Shown here: piece after piece, positions 23,183 through 35,700 of the stretch
Layout of the letters: every line of letters starts with the position of its first letter
Numbering within the stretch: the stretch's first letter is position 1
Assembly (NCBI RefSeq): GCF_000372725.1
Contig: NW_005202428.1
Location: 2,079,119-2,143,118 of the forward strand
DNA from: Emiliania huxleyi CCMP1516
Lineage: Eukaryota
Length of the DNA: 64,000 nt
Direction of reading: 5' to 3'
Position numbers and translations under genes: made by a program
The notes under the pieces: generated by a model
Seen by the model: the letters and a program-made list of their open reading frames with translations, nothing else
Database searches by the model: none
Told to the model about the DNA's origin: nothing

Positions 23183-24101
23183 CTCTGGGGGGGCGCGGGG
23201 CCCCCCGGAGGCACCGTGCGCCGTGCAGCAGTGCGGAAACGGGGCTCCGGCTCCGTTAGTCTCCGTTAGCACCGACTTCCCGAATGATTACGGTTGATTA
23301 GAGGGCAGATTTGGAGAGATCTCGAGGAGTACATACAGACAGACCCTCCAACCATCAGAAAACTCCGACCTGATCGGTCGTACTGACCGCCGACAGATCA
23401 CTCCAGACAGCAGACAGGCCGACGTCTGCACGCGGCCGGCCGGGCGAGAGGCTTGACACGATCCGACCCTGCGAGACCCTGACGCTGCTGCTCTAGCTAT
23501 CAGACATGCGCTGCTGACTGCTGCCACAATGTGCGACCGGTGCTGGCCCACTTGGCGGCCTTCCCGGTCAGTGGTGAGGCGCAGTTCAGAGCTGTCGATG
23601 GCGCGATGCCGCACCGGTCCCACATTGGTAACACGAGACCACCACGTTTGCCGGTCCAAGAGAGAGGCACTGGTGCTGTCCTGAGAAGGTTCGTGGTCCC
23701 TCTTGACTGCCCATGCGCGCGAGGCTGTGTAGGCATAGCCTCGAGAGTGCCAGCAGCCAATCTGAGGCAGTTTGTGACGCGCATTGCGTCAGAAGCGTGC
23801 ACGCAGCTGGAAGGACACCTTCCTACTGGCCGTACGATCAGGTCGTCACTGAATGCTTGATACTAAGGCCGCGAGCTATGCAGGTGATGAATTGTGCAGC
23901 ATGGCACGGTCAGCAGCGCCGACAGGCTGTCGCAAGGCGTGATAGCATGGCCGCAAGTAACGCCGAGTTCCCATGAAAACAAGTGAAAATTTGCGCAAAA
24001 AAAAGAAAAAATCCGAAAAAAAATCGGCGCCTGCGGCGGGCCATGGGACCCCATCGCCCCCCCGCATGGATACCCTCAAGGGCCCCCGCGCCCCCCCAGA
24101 G
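23183..24101. mobile_element. Non-autonomous DNA transposon (~21-bp TIR, 8-bp TSD)
   Basis: CTCTGGGGGGGCGCGGGGCCC / GGGCCCCCGCGCCCCCCCAGAG; TSD CTTTCTTT at 23175-23182 and 24102-24109. Confidence 0.82.
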
Positions 24102-24277
24102 CTTTCTTTCTCTTTACTGCAACTACACAAAGTGCTCGGTGCTCTTTGGTGGGTGTAGGAATCTGCTCGTGGAGAATACGCGGATCGCTACGTATAGGAT
24201 GTGCTTGTGGAATCGTCACCCGGGCCCCCCTCACTCACCCCCACCGTGCCGGCTGCCGCGCCTGTGCCCTGCCTCCT

Positions 24278-26869
24278 TCACGACGCCATCATCTCGCGGT
24301 ACTCGCGCTGGTCCTCCGTCATCTTGAGGAAGACGGCGTACTTGCGAGCGTGGTAGGCGGCCACCTCCCCCTCCTCCGCCGGCCGCACCGTCCGCCCGAC
24401 CGACGTCATCGCCGCCGCCGCCTCGCTGACCGACGCGTGCGCGCCTCCGGCGGTGGCGGCGAGGACGGCCGCGCCGAGCAGCACCGCCTCGTCATTGGTC
24501 GGGATGTGGAGCGGCAGTCGCAGCGCGTCGGCGTGCGAGGACACGTAGAGCGGGTTCTTGCTCAGGCCGCCGCAGACCTGGCGCAGGGACGCGCACGGCC
24601 GAGGCTGTGAGCACCGGAACCAGAACCGGAACGGACGGGGTCGTCTCCCGCGGGCGTACGCGGGCTGCGGATGCAGCCGGGCGAGGAGGAGACGTCTTTC
24701 GCGTCTAGGGCCGCACGAAGACTCGCCCGATCGTCGGGTGCCCCGCCGCCTGCATCGCCTCGACAATCTGGCGCGTCTGGTAGGCGAGCGACTGGACGGC
24801 GGCGAGGTAGACTACGGCGAGCTCGTCCTCGCCGGAAGCGAGCCCCACCCCGACCACACCGGCGCGCCTGTGAGCTCACGGAGGTACGGGGTCAGAGGCA
24901 GGAGCAGGCACAGGCCGACTGCGGAGGGCGAGATGCGGCGCGCGCATCGCCGGGTCGGCGAGAGGCGAGCGGTTGCCGTTGACGTCGGGGGTCACCTAAC
25001 GCCAACCCACCGCTCCTCTCGCGCACCCCCCCCCCCCCCCCTCGGCGGGGCGGCGCTGCGCGGCGGGGGAGGCGTCACGTGCACGTCCGAGGCGAGGGTC
25101 GGAAGAGGCACACGCCGCGCAGCCGCGAGCTCGTCGAGTCGCCTGCACGCGCCGAGAGGAGCCGCGCGGTGAGAGAGAGTGGCGAGACTGGGGGCGTCGG
25201 CCACAAAGCCCCCTCCCCCTCCACCCCTCCGCCAGCAGTCGCAGCCGCCTACCCCGCGGCGCCTGTTGAGGCGGGCGGCGACGGGCTCGCCGGCGGCGTC
25301 GGCAGCGGCGATCGCGGCGGCGCCGGCGGGGTGCGACGCGATGACGAAGTCGAGGAATGCGCCGGCGGCGGACTGGCCGCCCTCATTCAAGTTGAAGGAC
25401 GGGAACATGGCGCCGTAATAGGGGCCCCACACGCCGCGCACGAAGACGGGCTCGTGCGAGGAGGCCATGTGGCACGTAGAGGTGCCTATCCGCCGAGAGG
25501 GGGACCCGTCCTCCATGCAGTCGCCACAGGAGGCCGTGTGGCGGGGGGAGCCGCCTGCAGCGAACCAACAACTCGACGCGTCAACAGGCGCTCATCACAG
25601 CCAAGGGCGCCCCGGCGGCGTCGGCGGCGGACGCGCCTGCGATGAGGCCGAGCCGCGCCTCGAGCCCGCCCTACAGGACGGTTCCGAGAAGGGTCCGAGC
25701 GGGTCCAGCGAAGAGCCGCGACTCGAGCCCCCGCCTCCTCGTCGCCACCTCCCTCGCCGCCTCCCGCCTCCCGCGGCAACGCGGCGCCGAGGCTGCCCAC
25801 CCCGCCCGCGTGCGCGTCGATCATGCCCACCCCGACCGGCGTGCCTGGCCGGAGGCCGAGCGCCTCCGCTGCAGAGGGGCCGACGCCGCCGCCGAGGGCG
25901 GCGCCAGGCGGCAGGACATCCTTCCCGATGGCCGCCTCGGGCAGGTCTCCCTCGCCTAGAGGACGGCTCGGAGAGGGCTTAGAGACGGCGAGCAGGGGAG
26001 AGCAGCCTCGGCCAGGCCGCCCTCGCCGAACCCGACCGACTCGAAGAAGCTGCGGTCCCATCCTGTGGCGCAGAGAGGGGCTCGGGCCACCTCTGGTCCT
26101 AGCGAAGTCTCTCACCGCCGCCGATAGGGTGCTCTCTCGGGCCCTCTCGGGCCCTCGCACCGCCGCCGGCTGGCGAAGCGTCGTAGTTCCACTTGCATAC
26201 AACCGTGCAGAGGGAGCGGGCGTGCTGCGAGCCGTCGGTGGCGGCGTAGGCGAGGAAGTCGGCGAGGTCAAGCGCCTTGCCGCCCCCCTCGGCGGTCGCC
26301 GCCGCGTGGAAGGCGTGCGGCATCTCGTCCCGCAGCCAGAGTAGCTTTGGCACCTCCATCTCCGGCGATACTGCGCCGCCCACGTTCGCTAGCCTCGCGT
26401 GGCCGCCGCGGTTGATGCGGGCGGCCTGCTCCTCGCTGCGGTGGTCCATCCACACGATCACGTTGCGCCGCGCCTCGTCGGGCACCGTTGGGTCGATGCC
26501 CACCGGCGCACCCTCCGAGTCGAGCAGCACGAGGGAGCACGTGGCGTCAAATGCGACGCCGCACACCTCGTCGGCGGTGGCGCCGGCGGCGGAGAGCGCG
26601 CCACGGACGCAGTTGCACACGGCGGCCCAAATATCCTCGGACGACTGCTCGTAGTGCTCCGGCAGCGGGTTCCACATGGTTATGTCCTGCTTGTGGACGC
26701 CGAGGAGCGTGCCGTCCCGGACGTCGACGACGCCCGCACGGGCCGAGCCAGTTCCCACGTCGACGCCAATGGCGTAGCGCGGTGCAGCAGCAGCAGTCTC
26801 GGAGAGCCTCGGAGGTGGCGCGCGAGAGATAGCGACGGCCACCGCCGCCAGCAGCGAGGTGATTATCAT
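24278..26869 (-). CDS. FGGY: FGGY-family pentulose kinase (D-ribulokinase-like), multi-exon
   Basis: [81 protein letters not shown]. Confidence 0.94.
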
Positions 26870-27056
26870 GCGCCGCGCGACGATGGCGGCGAGTCCGATA
26901 ATATGTCGGGAAAGAAAGCTGGGTGCCCGAATCCACCATCAGTCTGTTTTGCTACTCGCTGCGCCGTTGCCCCGCCCCTCCCATGCATGCATCTTCTGCC
27001 TTTTCTTTCCGTTGCTGCTCTCTGTCGTTCAATAAATAAAACGGACACCTCTACTA

Positions 27057-27553
27057 CCGTCGGGTCTCTATTTTAAGACCAAGTAAACAGCAATAGATCC
27101 GGGTGTAGTGCCGGATCAGTTCCTGGAGCCAGGGGGACCGATTCGCGCTTGCCAAGGGACCAATTGCTGGCACCCGGTGGGGGCGGGGGGGGGGGGGGGG
27201 GCAGAGGGCTTGCGACCCGTGGCAGGGTGACGAGCGGAGGCAGCCCGCCGGTGGGCGAGCCAAACTCTGGCGGAGGCAGCCCGCTCACCCCCAGGCGCCC
27301 CTCGAACCGGAGGGTGGTCTGCCACCGCTGCGCGACCGGCGCGCCGAGGGCGGGCGACATCAGCTTCGCGCCACAGTCGACCTGGGGGGACCGATTCTCG
27401 GCAGGTTTGGCAGGGCGGGCAGTGTGTGTGTGTGTGTGAAGGATCGATTGCTGTACAACGAGGGACCGATTCCGTGAGGGCCGGGTATCGATTAGGCCGC
27501 TTGAGGGCCGGATCTATTGCTGTTTACTTGGTCTTAAAATAGAGACCCGACGG
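27057..27553. mobile_element. MITE with perfect 46-bp TIR and TA TSD (pogo/Tc1-like)
   Basis: CCGTCGGGTCTCTATTTTAAGACCAAGTAAACAGCAATAGATCCGG at 27057-27102, inverted at 27508-27553; TA on both flanks. Confidence 0.95.
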
Positions 27554-27638
27554 TAGGAGATGGGCAAAAAGGAGCAGCTCCCCGCCCCGTCCCTCCCTGG
27601 TGCGCCTGTGTTCGTTCTCCCTTTCTTGTCACTGGCCT

Positions 27639-28463
27639 CTACCGCCCGCGGGACGGCCGGCTCACGACGCGGCGCGCCCCCGGCGGCGACGCGTCGTGAA
27701 ACTTGGAGAGAACCTTGAACGGGTGCGACGACACGACCTTGCGCTTCGTACCCCGCTCGCCCTGCGCTTCAAAGCAGAGCTTCACCAGCCGGCGCAGGTT
27801 CCCCGACTTGCCGTGGAACACCCGGCGCGAGAAGCGGAGGTCAAACGACGCGCTGCCCTGCTCGTCGGCGGCGAGGTGCTGCAGCGGCGCGTTTGACCCG
27901 TCGACGAGGCCGCCGGCCAGGTCTTTGCCGCCGCTGCAACGATCTCCTTCGACGAACTCGACCCGCGCCTCCACCCGGCTGCCCGCTTCCAGGCCTCGCA
28001 GCGTGCACTTGAGGGAACGCTCGAGGTTGACCTCTGTGTGGTCGTGCCTCCTCCGGACCGCCATTTCCGGTCTGGCATAGCTGTGCCATGCGGTGGGGTT
28101 TATTTGAAGCCCGGGGATGCCGTGGTCGAGGCATCCGCCACCATGCCCTTCCACTTCCGGAAAAGCCGTTGCGCCCATGATCGATGGAGCGAGGGCGTGC
28201 AATGCCGCGTCCTTGCCGCTCGAGGCGCCGGTGAGCTTCAGTGGCAGCCGCTCGACGCCGTCGGAAAGCGAGAGGTGAATCTCAGTGAGAAAATCGTCGA
28301 GCTGCGGCTCGTCCATCGAAACGGGGTCCGGCGCGTCCATCTCGAGGGCAGAAATTGTCCGGCGCTGAGGTGCGGCCTCGTGAAGGTCCTCGTGGCCTGC
28401 TCCAAGGCCGCCGCGGGGCGGGTCGCCACCGCAGAGGAGACGGCTGCTGCACGGTGAGTCCAT
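27639..28463 (-). CDS. Hypothetical protein, possible beta-sandwich DNA-binding domain
   Basis: Intronless open frame; C-terminal half beta-strand rich, ending VVSSHPFKVLSK; start codon uncertain. Confidence 0.45.
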   Translation of the reverse strand: MDSPCSSRLLCGGDPPRGGLGAGHEDLHEAAPQRRTISALEMDAPDPVSMDEPQLDDFLTEIHLSLSDGVERLPLKLTGASSGKDAALHALAPSIMGATAFPEVEGHGGGCLDHGIPGLQINPTAWHSYARPEMAVRRRHDHTEVNLERSLKCTLRGLEAGSRVEARVEFVEGDRCSGGKDLAGGLVDGSNAPLQHLAADEQGSASFDLRFSRRVFHGKSGNLRRLVKLCFEAQGERGTKRKVVSSHPFKVLSKFHDASPPGARRVVSRPSRGR

Positions 28464-29012
28464 CACTGGTGGTGAGGGGCTGCGCGGCCTCAACGGCGAA
28501 GGAGAAAACACCTTGAATGGCACTCCGTAGGAACGCGTAGCGTGCTGGCAGCGGGTTGCTGTGAGAGAGCTCACAACTTGAGTGAGTGAGCCCTCGGGGC
28601 TCTCCGCCACAATAACTGTGCCCGTCTCCGTGCACGATGCGACACAGCAACATGCAGCACCAGGGGCGACGCCAGGCGGGGATCGATTCGGCATCATGGA
28701 CCTGGCGCTGACACGGTCGGCTCGTCGGCAAGGCTATCGGCAAACTCGATTGAAGGCAAACACGTTCGTTACAACGCCCGATGACGACGGTCGGAGAATG
28801 GCCGCTGGAAGGGACGGTGCCCCCCCCACCCACCACCACCACCAGAGGAAACCCCCACTCTGATCTCTGTCGTCGATCGAGGCCGTGTGTCGCGTGTGTG
28901 TCTCATCAAGGTTTAACTTCAGGCATCATAATGGGTCAATCATTAAATAATGTCTTATCTCTCGGCGAATCGAGTGTTCGCGGTACGCGGTGAGACGTGC
29001 ACACACAGGTCA

Positions 29013-29261
29013 CAGTGTTGTGGCAAAAAAAGAATTTCGATTTCATTCAATGGATGTGCGGCTAATGACTGCACTCCGATGCTCCAAGTCCAGAGATCGG
29101 CAAAACAAACGCGCCTTCCAAGTGCTCCACCGCGGCGTTCAACTTTGAGTGGGCAGGGTGACTATGCTGCTCAGGAAGCGTCTCCCAGAAGTTCTCCGTT
29201 TGGAGCTTCTTGAGCCGGTGTCGGGTGGGCGTCGTGAATGACGATGCTCCACCCGGGCCAC
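29013..29261. repeat. Direct repeat of the F-box gene 3' end and UTR (other copy 30946-31138)
   Basis: CAGTGTTGTGGCAAAAAA...GATGCTCCACCCGGGCCAC shared, with indels. Confidence 0.88.
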
Positions 29262-29609
29262 GGAGAATGCCCGCTGGAAGGGACGGTCCTCCCCCCCCCC
29301 CCCCCAAAGGGAAGGAACCCCCCCCCACACACACACTCTCTCTGCGTCGATCGGCCCCTCGAATGTCGTCGGTCTCGGGCTCTCGGGGGAGCTCTATTGC
29401 GGAGACCCCACGTCCATGCTGATGCCTCCGAGTGCCAGGTTCACGTCCTTGCTTGCGACGCAGCGAGGGGCGCTTGGCGCCCAGACGCCTCCGCACTTAA
29501 CGCGGCAAATGGACGGATCGTTCGGGCAGTCTGCAGTGATGTCAGGGCCCAGCCCGTTGCAGTACAAGGACGTGGGGTGAACGCCGGCCCCACGACGCCA
29601 CCGAAGTTG

Positions 29610-30671
29610 CAGCTCCCCATCTTGTTCGAGTACTGCTACTGGGCATCGCACAGCGCTTTGTTGGTGCCAGAAGGGCTCGCGATGCCGGCCCGCCAGTCCG
29701 TTGTGCCGCCCCAGCTGGTGCCAACAACAGTCCACGGCAGGTCAGCCTGCGCCTGCATGTCGGGCGTCGTGACCTGTGTGCCGCTCAGCGTATTTGCGCC
29801 CTGCTTGATCGTCGTCGTCTTGCGCCGTCCGCACTGATGGCAACCTCGATCGAGTCGATCGGAAGGAGTGTGTTGACGTCGCACGCCGCGTTGGGGCCGT
29901 AGAGAGAGCTACTGATCGCTCGGCTGTCGGGGCCGGGCATTCCTGCGCAGGAGGTCCCTGGGGCACTTGCCGGAACGAAGTTCACGTGGGGCGCCCCGGC
30001 GTGGGAGTGGACGCGTGCACTCCGAGAACGTTGCCGCCCCAGTTGCACGTCGTGGTGCCACCGGTGATCGTCGCGGTGAAGTTCGGCTCCTCGTATTGAC
30101 ACCCATGCGACGTGGTCGATAAGCCGTACATGTTGGCCTCGAAGAGGTCCATCTCACCGGCGATGTTGTTGTCGCCATGCTTCTGACCCGAATCCTGCGC
30201 GCACACTTGCCCCGCCTCCCCTGCTTTCCGGACCACCCTGCGCATCCCTGTGCGTCGGCGTACGCCTTGAAGCTTCCGTGCTAATTGGAGGCTGTGGCCG
30301 TCATGCCCTCAGCGCCATTCCCAGGCAGGTTGACCAGGTAGTAGGTCCCCATCGACCCTGGAGGAAGCTTCGACAGGTCGACGTTCGTGAACGTGTAGGT
30401 GGTGCCCTTGAAGCCGGCATTCCCAGCCTCGCGTAGCTCTTGCTGAGAGTGCCTCGCGTCCAAGCGATGGATTTCCGGGGATCGAACGGCGCGGTCTTTC
30501 CGATGTTCCCATCTGTCCACGCAATGGAGTCGTACTGTGCCCTTCGCCAATGAAGTCCGTGACAGACTTCTGTGTGTGTGGTCCTTCTGTTTTGGGCGAC
30601 GAGGGTGTGAGTGAAGGAAGTGGGTTCCAGGTCGCAGTCCTCGCAAGTAAAGTGGGGACGCGCGCCGCCAT
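29610..30671 (-). pseudogene. Glycoside hydrolase family 7-like pseudogene
   Basis: TFTNVDLSKLPPG..GTYYLV, YADAQ, EMDLFEAN...TTSHGC, YGP....VNTLLP in GH7 order; in-frame TAG at 30281-30283 and frameshifts. Confidence 0.75.
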
Positions 30672-30775
30672 TTGAGTTCGTTCCTTCACCAAAGCGTGAA
30701 TCGTTCCTTCACTCGTCCTTACTTGCTCCTCCGAATCGCCTCTTCGCTGTGAGTGAGTTTGATTAGGGGGTCTCC

Positions 30776-30792
30776 GTCTGTCTGTCTGTCTG

Positions 30793-30842
<50 letters not shown>

Positions 30843-30872
30843 CCTCCCTCCCTCCCTCCCTCCATCTCTCTC
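30776..30872. repeat. (CT)n/(CCCT)n microsatellite
   Basis: Read directly. Confidence 0.95.
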
Positions 30873-31047
30873 AGTGGACAAAACTCCCTCGCGTGTCCCG
30901 GTGCCAGTGGCAGAGTACGCGCTAGTTGGCAGTCCCGTGCCCACCCAGTGTTGTGGCAAAAAAGAAATTCGTCAACGGATGGGCAAAACAAACGCCTTCC
31001 AAGTGCTCCACCGCGGCGTTCAACTTTGAGTGGGCAGGGTATGCTGC

Positions 31048-32291
31048 TCAGGAAGCGTCTCCCAGAAGTTCTCCGTTTGGAGCTTCTTGAGCCGCTGTCG
31101 GGTGGGCGTCGTGAACGACGATGCTCCACCCGGGCCACTCGTCGCCCTCGCCCGCCTGCGGGAGCACAAAATCGTTCCTGCTCGCGATGCCGGGGCCGGG
31201 CGTGCGGATGCCGCGCGACGATAGGATGCGCTCCCTGAGCGCGAAGCGGACGAGCCGGCCGCACGGCGAGATTGTGATGCGCCGCACCTCGGGCCAGATC
31301 TCGAGCGCGCCCGCCGAGAAAATTTGCACCTATGGGGCTTGCGTCGCTGCATCCTGGACGTGCTTCAAGCGATCGTGCCCGCTGCCGAAGCCCCGCGCCC
31401 AGCTGTCGTTGATGGCCTGCCAGCCGAGCAGCGGCGGCGAGCCCGGGTGTCTGCAATACGGGCGCAGGAGCACCTGCTCGCAGCCGGACGGCGTGAGGCT
31501 CTGCAGGCCATCCCGCCAGCCGCTCCGTGGGAAGAAGAGAGGTCGTCGGCCTGCCCGTCCTGCTGCCGCACGCACAGATCCGGGTAGTCGCGCAGCAAGC
31601 CAGCGGGGAAGAACTGCGAGATCTGCTCGCGCTCCGGCCAGGGCCGCGCGTCCGAGAGCCAGAGCGACGCCATCGCAAGGTGGTCTCGCTCGCGGAAGGA
31701 GCGGTAGAAGCCCTCGTTCTTGGCAATCGCGGCGCGTGCGCGCGAAAAGAGCAGCCGCGGCCCCACCGCCGGCGCGGATGGCAAGGCTCCCTCTCTGGCC
31801 TCCGCTGTTGGCCCGCAGCCCTCGACCGTCACGCCGAGCCGCTCGAGCAGCGTCTCCCACAAGCTCGGCGTGGAGGCGCACGCGCGGAGGCATCGGCAGG
31901 CCTGGGCAAACCGCACAAGCGACCGCGCGTCAAGGTAGCTTGCCACCGCCAGCCACAGCTCGGGCGGCAGCTCGATCGGCCCAGTGGTGCTCACGGTGCA
32001 GGTGCTGGCGTCCGAGGCGAGCGACGCCATCGCTGCTGTCCGAGCTTCTGTCGCGCGAGCCTTCTGCTCTTCCGCCGCCCGGCCAGCGAGTACGGCGGAC
32101 GCGAGCGCGGCGTGAGACTTTGCTTGCGCCCTCATGCGTGCCGCACGCACTCTCGCAACGTCCTGCTCGATTGCCTCCGCCCGCAAGCCGCGTGTGGCGA
32201 GCGCCGTGCCCACCGCCAGAGCAGCGAGCGTGCAAATGGCGGCGGCGGCGGCAAGGGAGGACAGAGATTCTGTCGGCAGCGCGAGGCCCAT
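31048..32291 (-). CDS. F-box plus SnoaL-like domain protein (plant SKIP8-like), frameshifted in this assembly
   Basis: Hydrophobic N-terminus, LPPELWLAVASYLDARSL...ACR....LW F-box, then NEGFYRSF.ERD..AM..LW, CRHPG...L.GW.AI..SW and W.IVVH spread over three frames. Confidence 0.75.
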
Positions 32292-32532
32292 ACTGTGCCG
32301 TACCAAAGTCTGAACAGGTTGGAGCAGCAGCTCCTGAGCACGGCGCCGCAGGCGCCTGTTGATAGGTCCAGGTGATGGCCCTGGATGGGCAATAAGGGGT
32401 GTAGAGATTGGGTGTTTCCACTCCTCCGTCCGTGACTAGCCAACCGATGGCGTGAGATAGGGTGCTGACCTTTCTCGCCGAGGCTCGCCGTGGCCCCACA
32501 CGGCGGCCTCTGCTCGCGTTTTCGAGCCAGGA

Positions 32533-34474
32533 CCTTCGTCCGGGCCCACGGCCGGCACGCCGTCAAATTTTCTCGCCGATCCCGCGCGCTCGGCCGCCAC
32601 CGCGGCGCCTCCGAGAGCGCCGTTTCGACACGCTGCAGCCGCGGGCCGCGGCACCTCGACACACCGCCTCTCGCGCCGCCTTGAGGTGCTCCGATCGTGC
32701 ACGCGGGTCGGCTCGGCACGGTGCGTGCAAATTATTGCATGTATTCGCACTCGCTGCGCCACGTATCTGCCTCTGACGGCCCGATACGCCACCCGAAGCG
32801 CCACCGGTCCACACACGCGGGGCTGCGCGACTCTCTCGCGGCCCACCGCCCTCCCACACGCCGTTCGACCTCCACACAGGCGCTCGCTCGAGCCTCGCCG
32901 TCCGGGCGGTCCTGCGCGTCCAGATCTCGGCGACCATGACCCGCCACGCGCCAGCTCTGCACCTCTCCCGCGCGCGCCCGGCTGCTGGCATGGCGTGGCG
33001 GGCGAGGCTGGCGCGCTGCGACTGGTGGAGCGCCGCGCGGGCAGCGCACCAGCCTCGCACGCACCTCTCCACTGCGCCGCGTGCGCCGCTGGCAGTGTGC
33101 TGCGAGGCTCAACATGTGGTCACAGGGTAGTCACGGTGTGGCTTGTGGTGGCTTGTGGTGCTGATCGCTGGCTCAACACACCCCAGGTCGAGATCGCGTG
33201 TTGAGACTGTGACGAGAGGCGACGCGCCGCGACCCGCGTCACATGGACATGGATACGGACAATCTCGGGCTCCCGGTCCGCCGCCCCGCGTCGGAGGTCG
33301 CTGTGGGTGTGTTTCTTTTTTCGTCTTCTCACAAAACGCGAGCGCACGTGTCCACGTTTCCGAAGAACAGGCGCACGCGGCGCGCAATGCCAGTCACGGG
33401 ACTGCCTCCCCCGCGCGTCGCACTGGGGGAGGCGCAAGTAGGGACGCTCGCCCACGTCTTCTCCCCAATCGAGCAGGCCGGGCCGCGCTCTCTCACCTTG
33501 AGTATAGACAGGCTCGTCAGCCTACTACCCGCNNNNNNNNNNNNNNNNNNNNNNNNNNNNNNNNNNNNNNNNNNNNNNNNNNNNNNNNNNNNNNNNNNNN
33601 NNNNNNNNNNNNNNNNNNNNNNNNNNNNNNNNGACCATGGTATCTTTGAGATGAAAAGTGCGTCCTAGAATGCGTTTTTGCATTCTAGGACGCATCGGTA
33701 AACAAAGATGGGGGGGTCGCCCCCCCAGACGGGGTGTGAAGTCTGCGGTCGTCCCTTCGCCTTGCGCACTACCGCTCTTCCGCCATCGAGCCTTGGCTCG
33801 AGGAGCGCTGCTTCCGCACACACACACTACGCTGCCGCCGCACCAAGAGCCTCGCTCAGACCGCGAGCTATGTGATGAACTCACCCGTCAAGGCCGCTGA
33901 CTGCGTCTTGACGCAACTCGGCGCACGCGGCGCAGTGGAGAGGTGCGTGCGAGGCTGGTGCGCTGCCCGCGCGGCGCTCCACCGGTCGCAGCGCGCCAGC
34001 CTCGCCCGCCTCGCCATGCCAGCAGCCGGGCGCGCGCGGGAGAGGTGCAGAGCTGGCGCGTGGCGGGTCATGGTCGCCGAGATCTGGACGCGCAGGACCG
34101 CCCGGACGGCGAGGCTCGAGCGAGCGCCTGTGTGGAGGTCGAACGGCGTGTGGGAGGGCGGTGGGCCGCGAGAGAGTCGCGCAGCCCCGCGTGTGTGGAC
34201 CGGTGGCGCTTCGGGTGGCGTATCGGGCCGTCAGAGGCAGATACGTGGCGCAGCGAGTGCGAATACATGCAATAATTTGCACGCACCGTGCCGAGCCGAC
34301 CCGCGTGCACGATCGGAGCACCTCAAGGCGGCGCGAGAGGCGGTGTGTCGAGGTGCCGCGGCCCGCGGCTGCAGCGTGTCGAAACGGCGCTCTCGGAGGC
34401 GCCGCGGTGGCGGCCGAGCGCGCGGGATCGGCGAGAAAATTTGACGGCGTGCCGGCCGTGGGCCCGGACGAAGG
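32533..34474. repeat. Inverted duplication: 556-bp arms (32533-33088, 33919-34474) around a gap
   Basis: Arms are reverse complements with about two visible substitutions. Confidence 0.92.
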
Positions 34475-35700
34475 CGCCGCCGGCTCGGATTGAGACCAGT
34501 GGCATCAGGGGCGCCTCCAGCACTCAAGACAGTAGCACGCTGTTTCTGTCTTGGCCGCCACTGACGCGAAAATCCTATCTCGCGCCCTCGTTGGGTAGAG
34601 AGTGCTTGATTCACGGACCATTCACGGACAGCGAGGCTGGCCGCACAGCGAGGCTGGCCGCAAGCGGAGCTCCCCACCGGCGGCGGGTTTGAAGACACTG
34701 AGACGAGCGCGCCGGCGGCGGACCGCCGCCGGCGCGCTCGCTTCGGCGGATGGCTGAGCGGCACAGTTTCTGGCCGCCCGGCCTGCGAGCAGTCACCGCG
34801 AGACGATCGAAGGCGCTCAGTTCAAGCGCGCCGCCATGCCAGATCTCGCCCCACGCCCCGACCAGACCGGGCAGTACGTGCAGGAATGATGCAGGCATGA
34901 TGGATGGGTGTGGTGAGCACGCCAGTGGCACCGCTGCGCACTCTCAGGGTCGCAGCCGCCTATCTCGTGAGGGGCGTGGCTCGGGGCGGGTGCGAGAGAG
35001 TCGAGGAGCGCGGCGCGCGCGTGCGCGCGCGTGGTAAGTCGGTTTATATTTCATCACTGGTACAAAAGAGACCCAAAACGGCACGCGCGCCGCGCGCACG
35101 CGCGCTCGCATCACCTCAACACTCACACAGCAAATCAAAGAGATGCGGCCAGGCGCGCTCCGTTCGGGTTTCTTCGATCAAAAGAGGGAGAGAGGCCCCA
35201 AATTACGTGTGAGTGTTAGAGTTGTTTAAGAGGGACGGCAGCGAATCTCTACACAGCTCATGCATACGCCTAACTGGGCCTCAGACCCCCGACCGCGTCC
35301 CGGTGCTCTGTGGTCGGATTTGTGACGCCGCCGCACCGCGCCGCCCGCGGCCGGGGGCCCTCCGGAGGCCAAGGATGGCCGTGACGGACCGGGACGAGCT
35401 CTGGGAGGTTCAGTGTCAGTGTATATATTGTAGAGATCAACCATGTGCACAATATCTCTCAGTCTAGCTAAGCCTGGGAAGGCGATGCCGGGGCCGTACA
35501 GCAGCTTGATGGTGCTTCGCCGGCGTGCGTCCCGGAGCGGTGCCGGACGGGCGGTCCGTGGGAGGAAAACGAGGGACAGCGCCGACGGCGCTCTGATTCG
35601 ACTTTTGACTTCAAACAAAGCCTACCGCACGCGCCGCGTCGCGGCGCGTGCGTGCGGTAGGCACTCGGGATTTTGTCATGACCGTTTTTATTTATTTATT

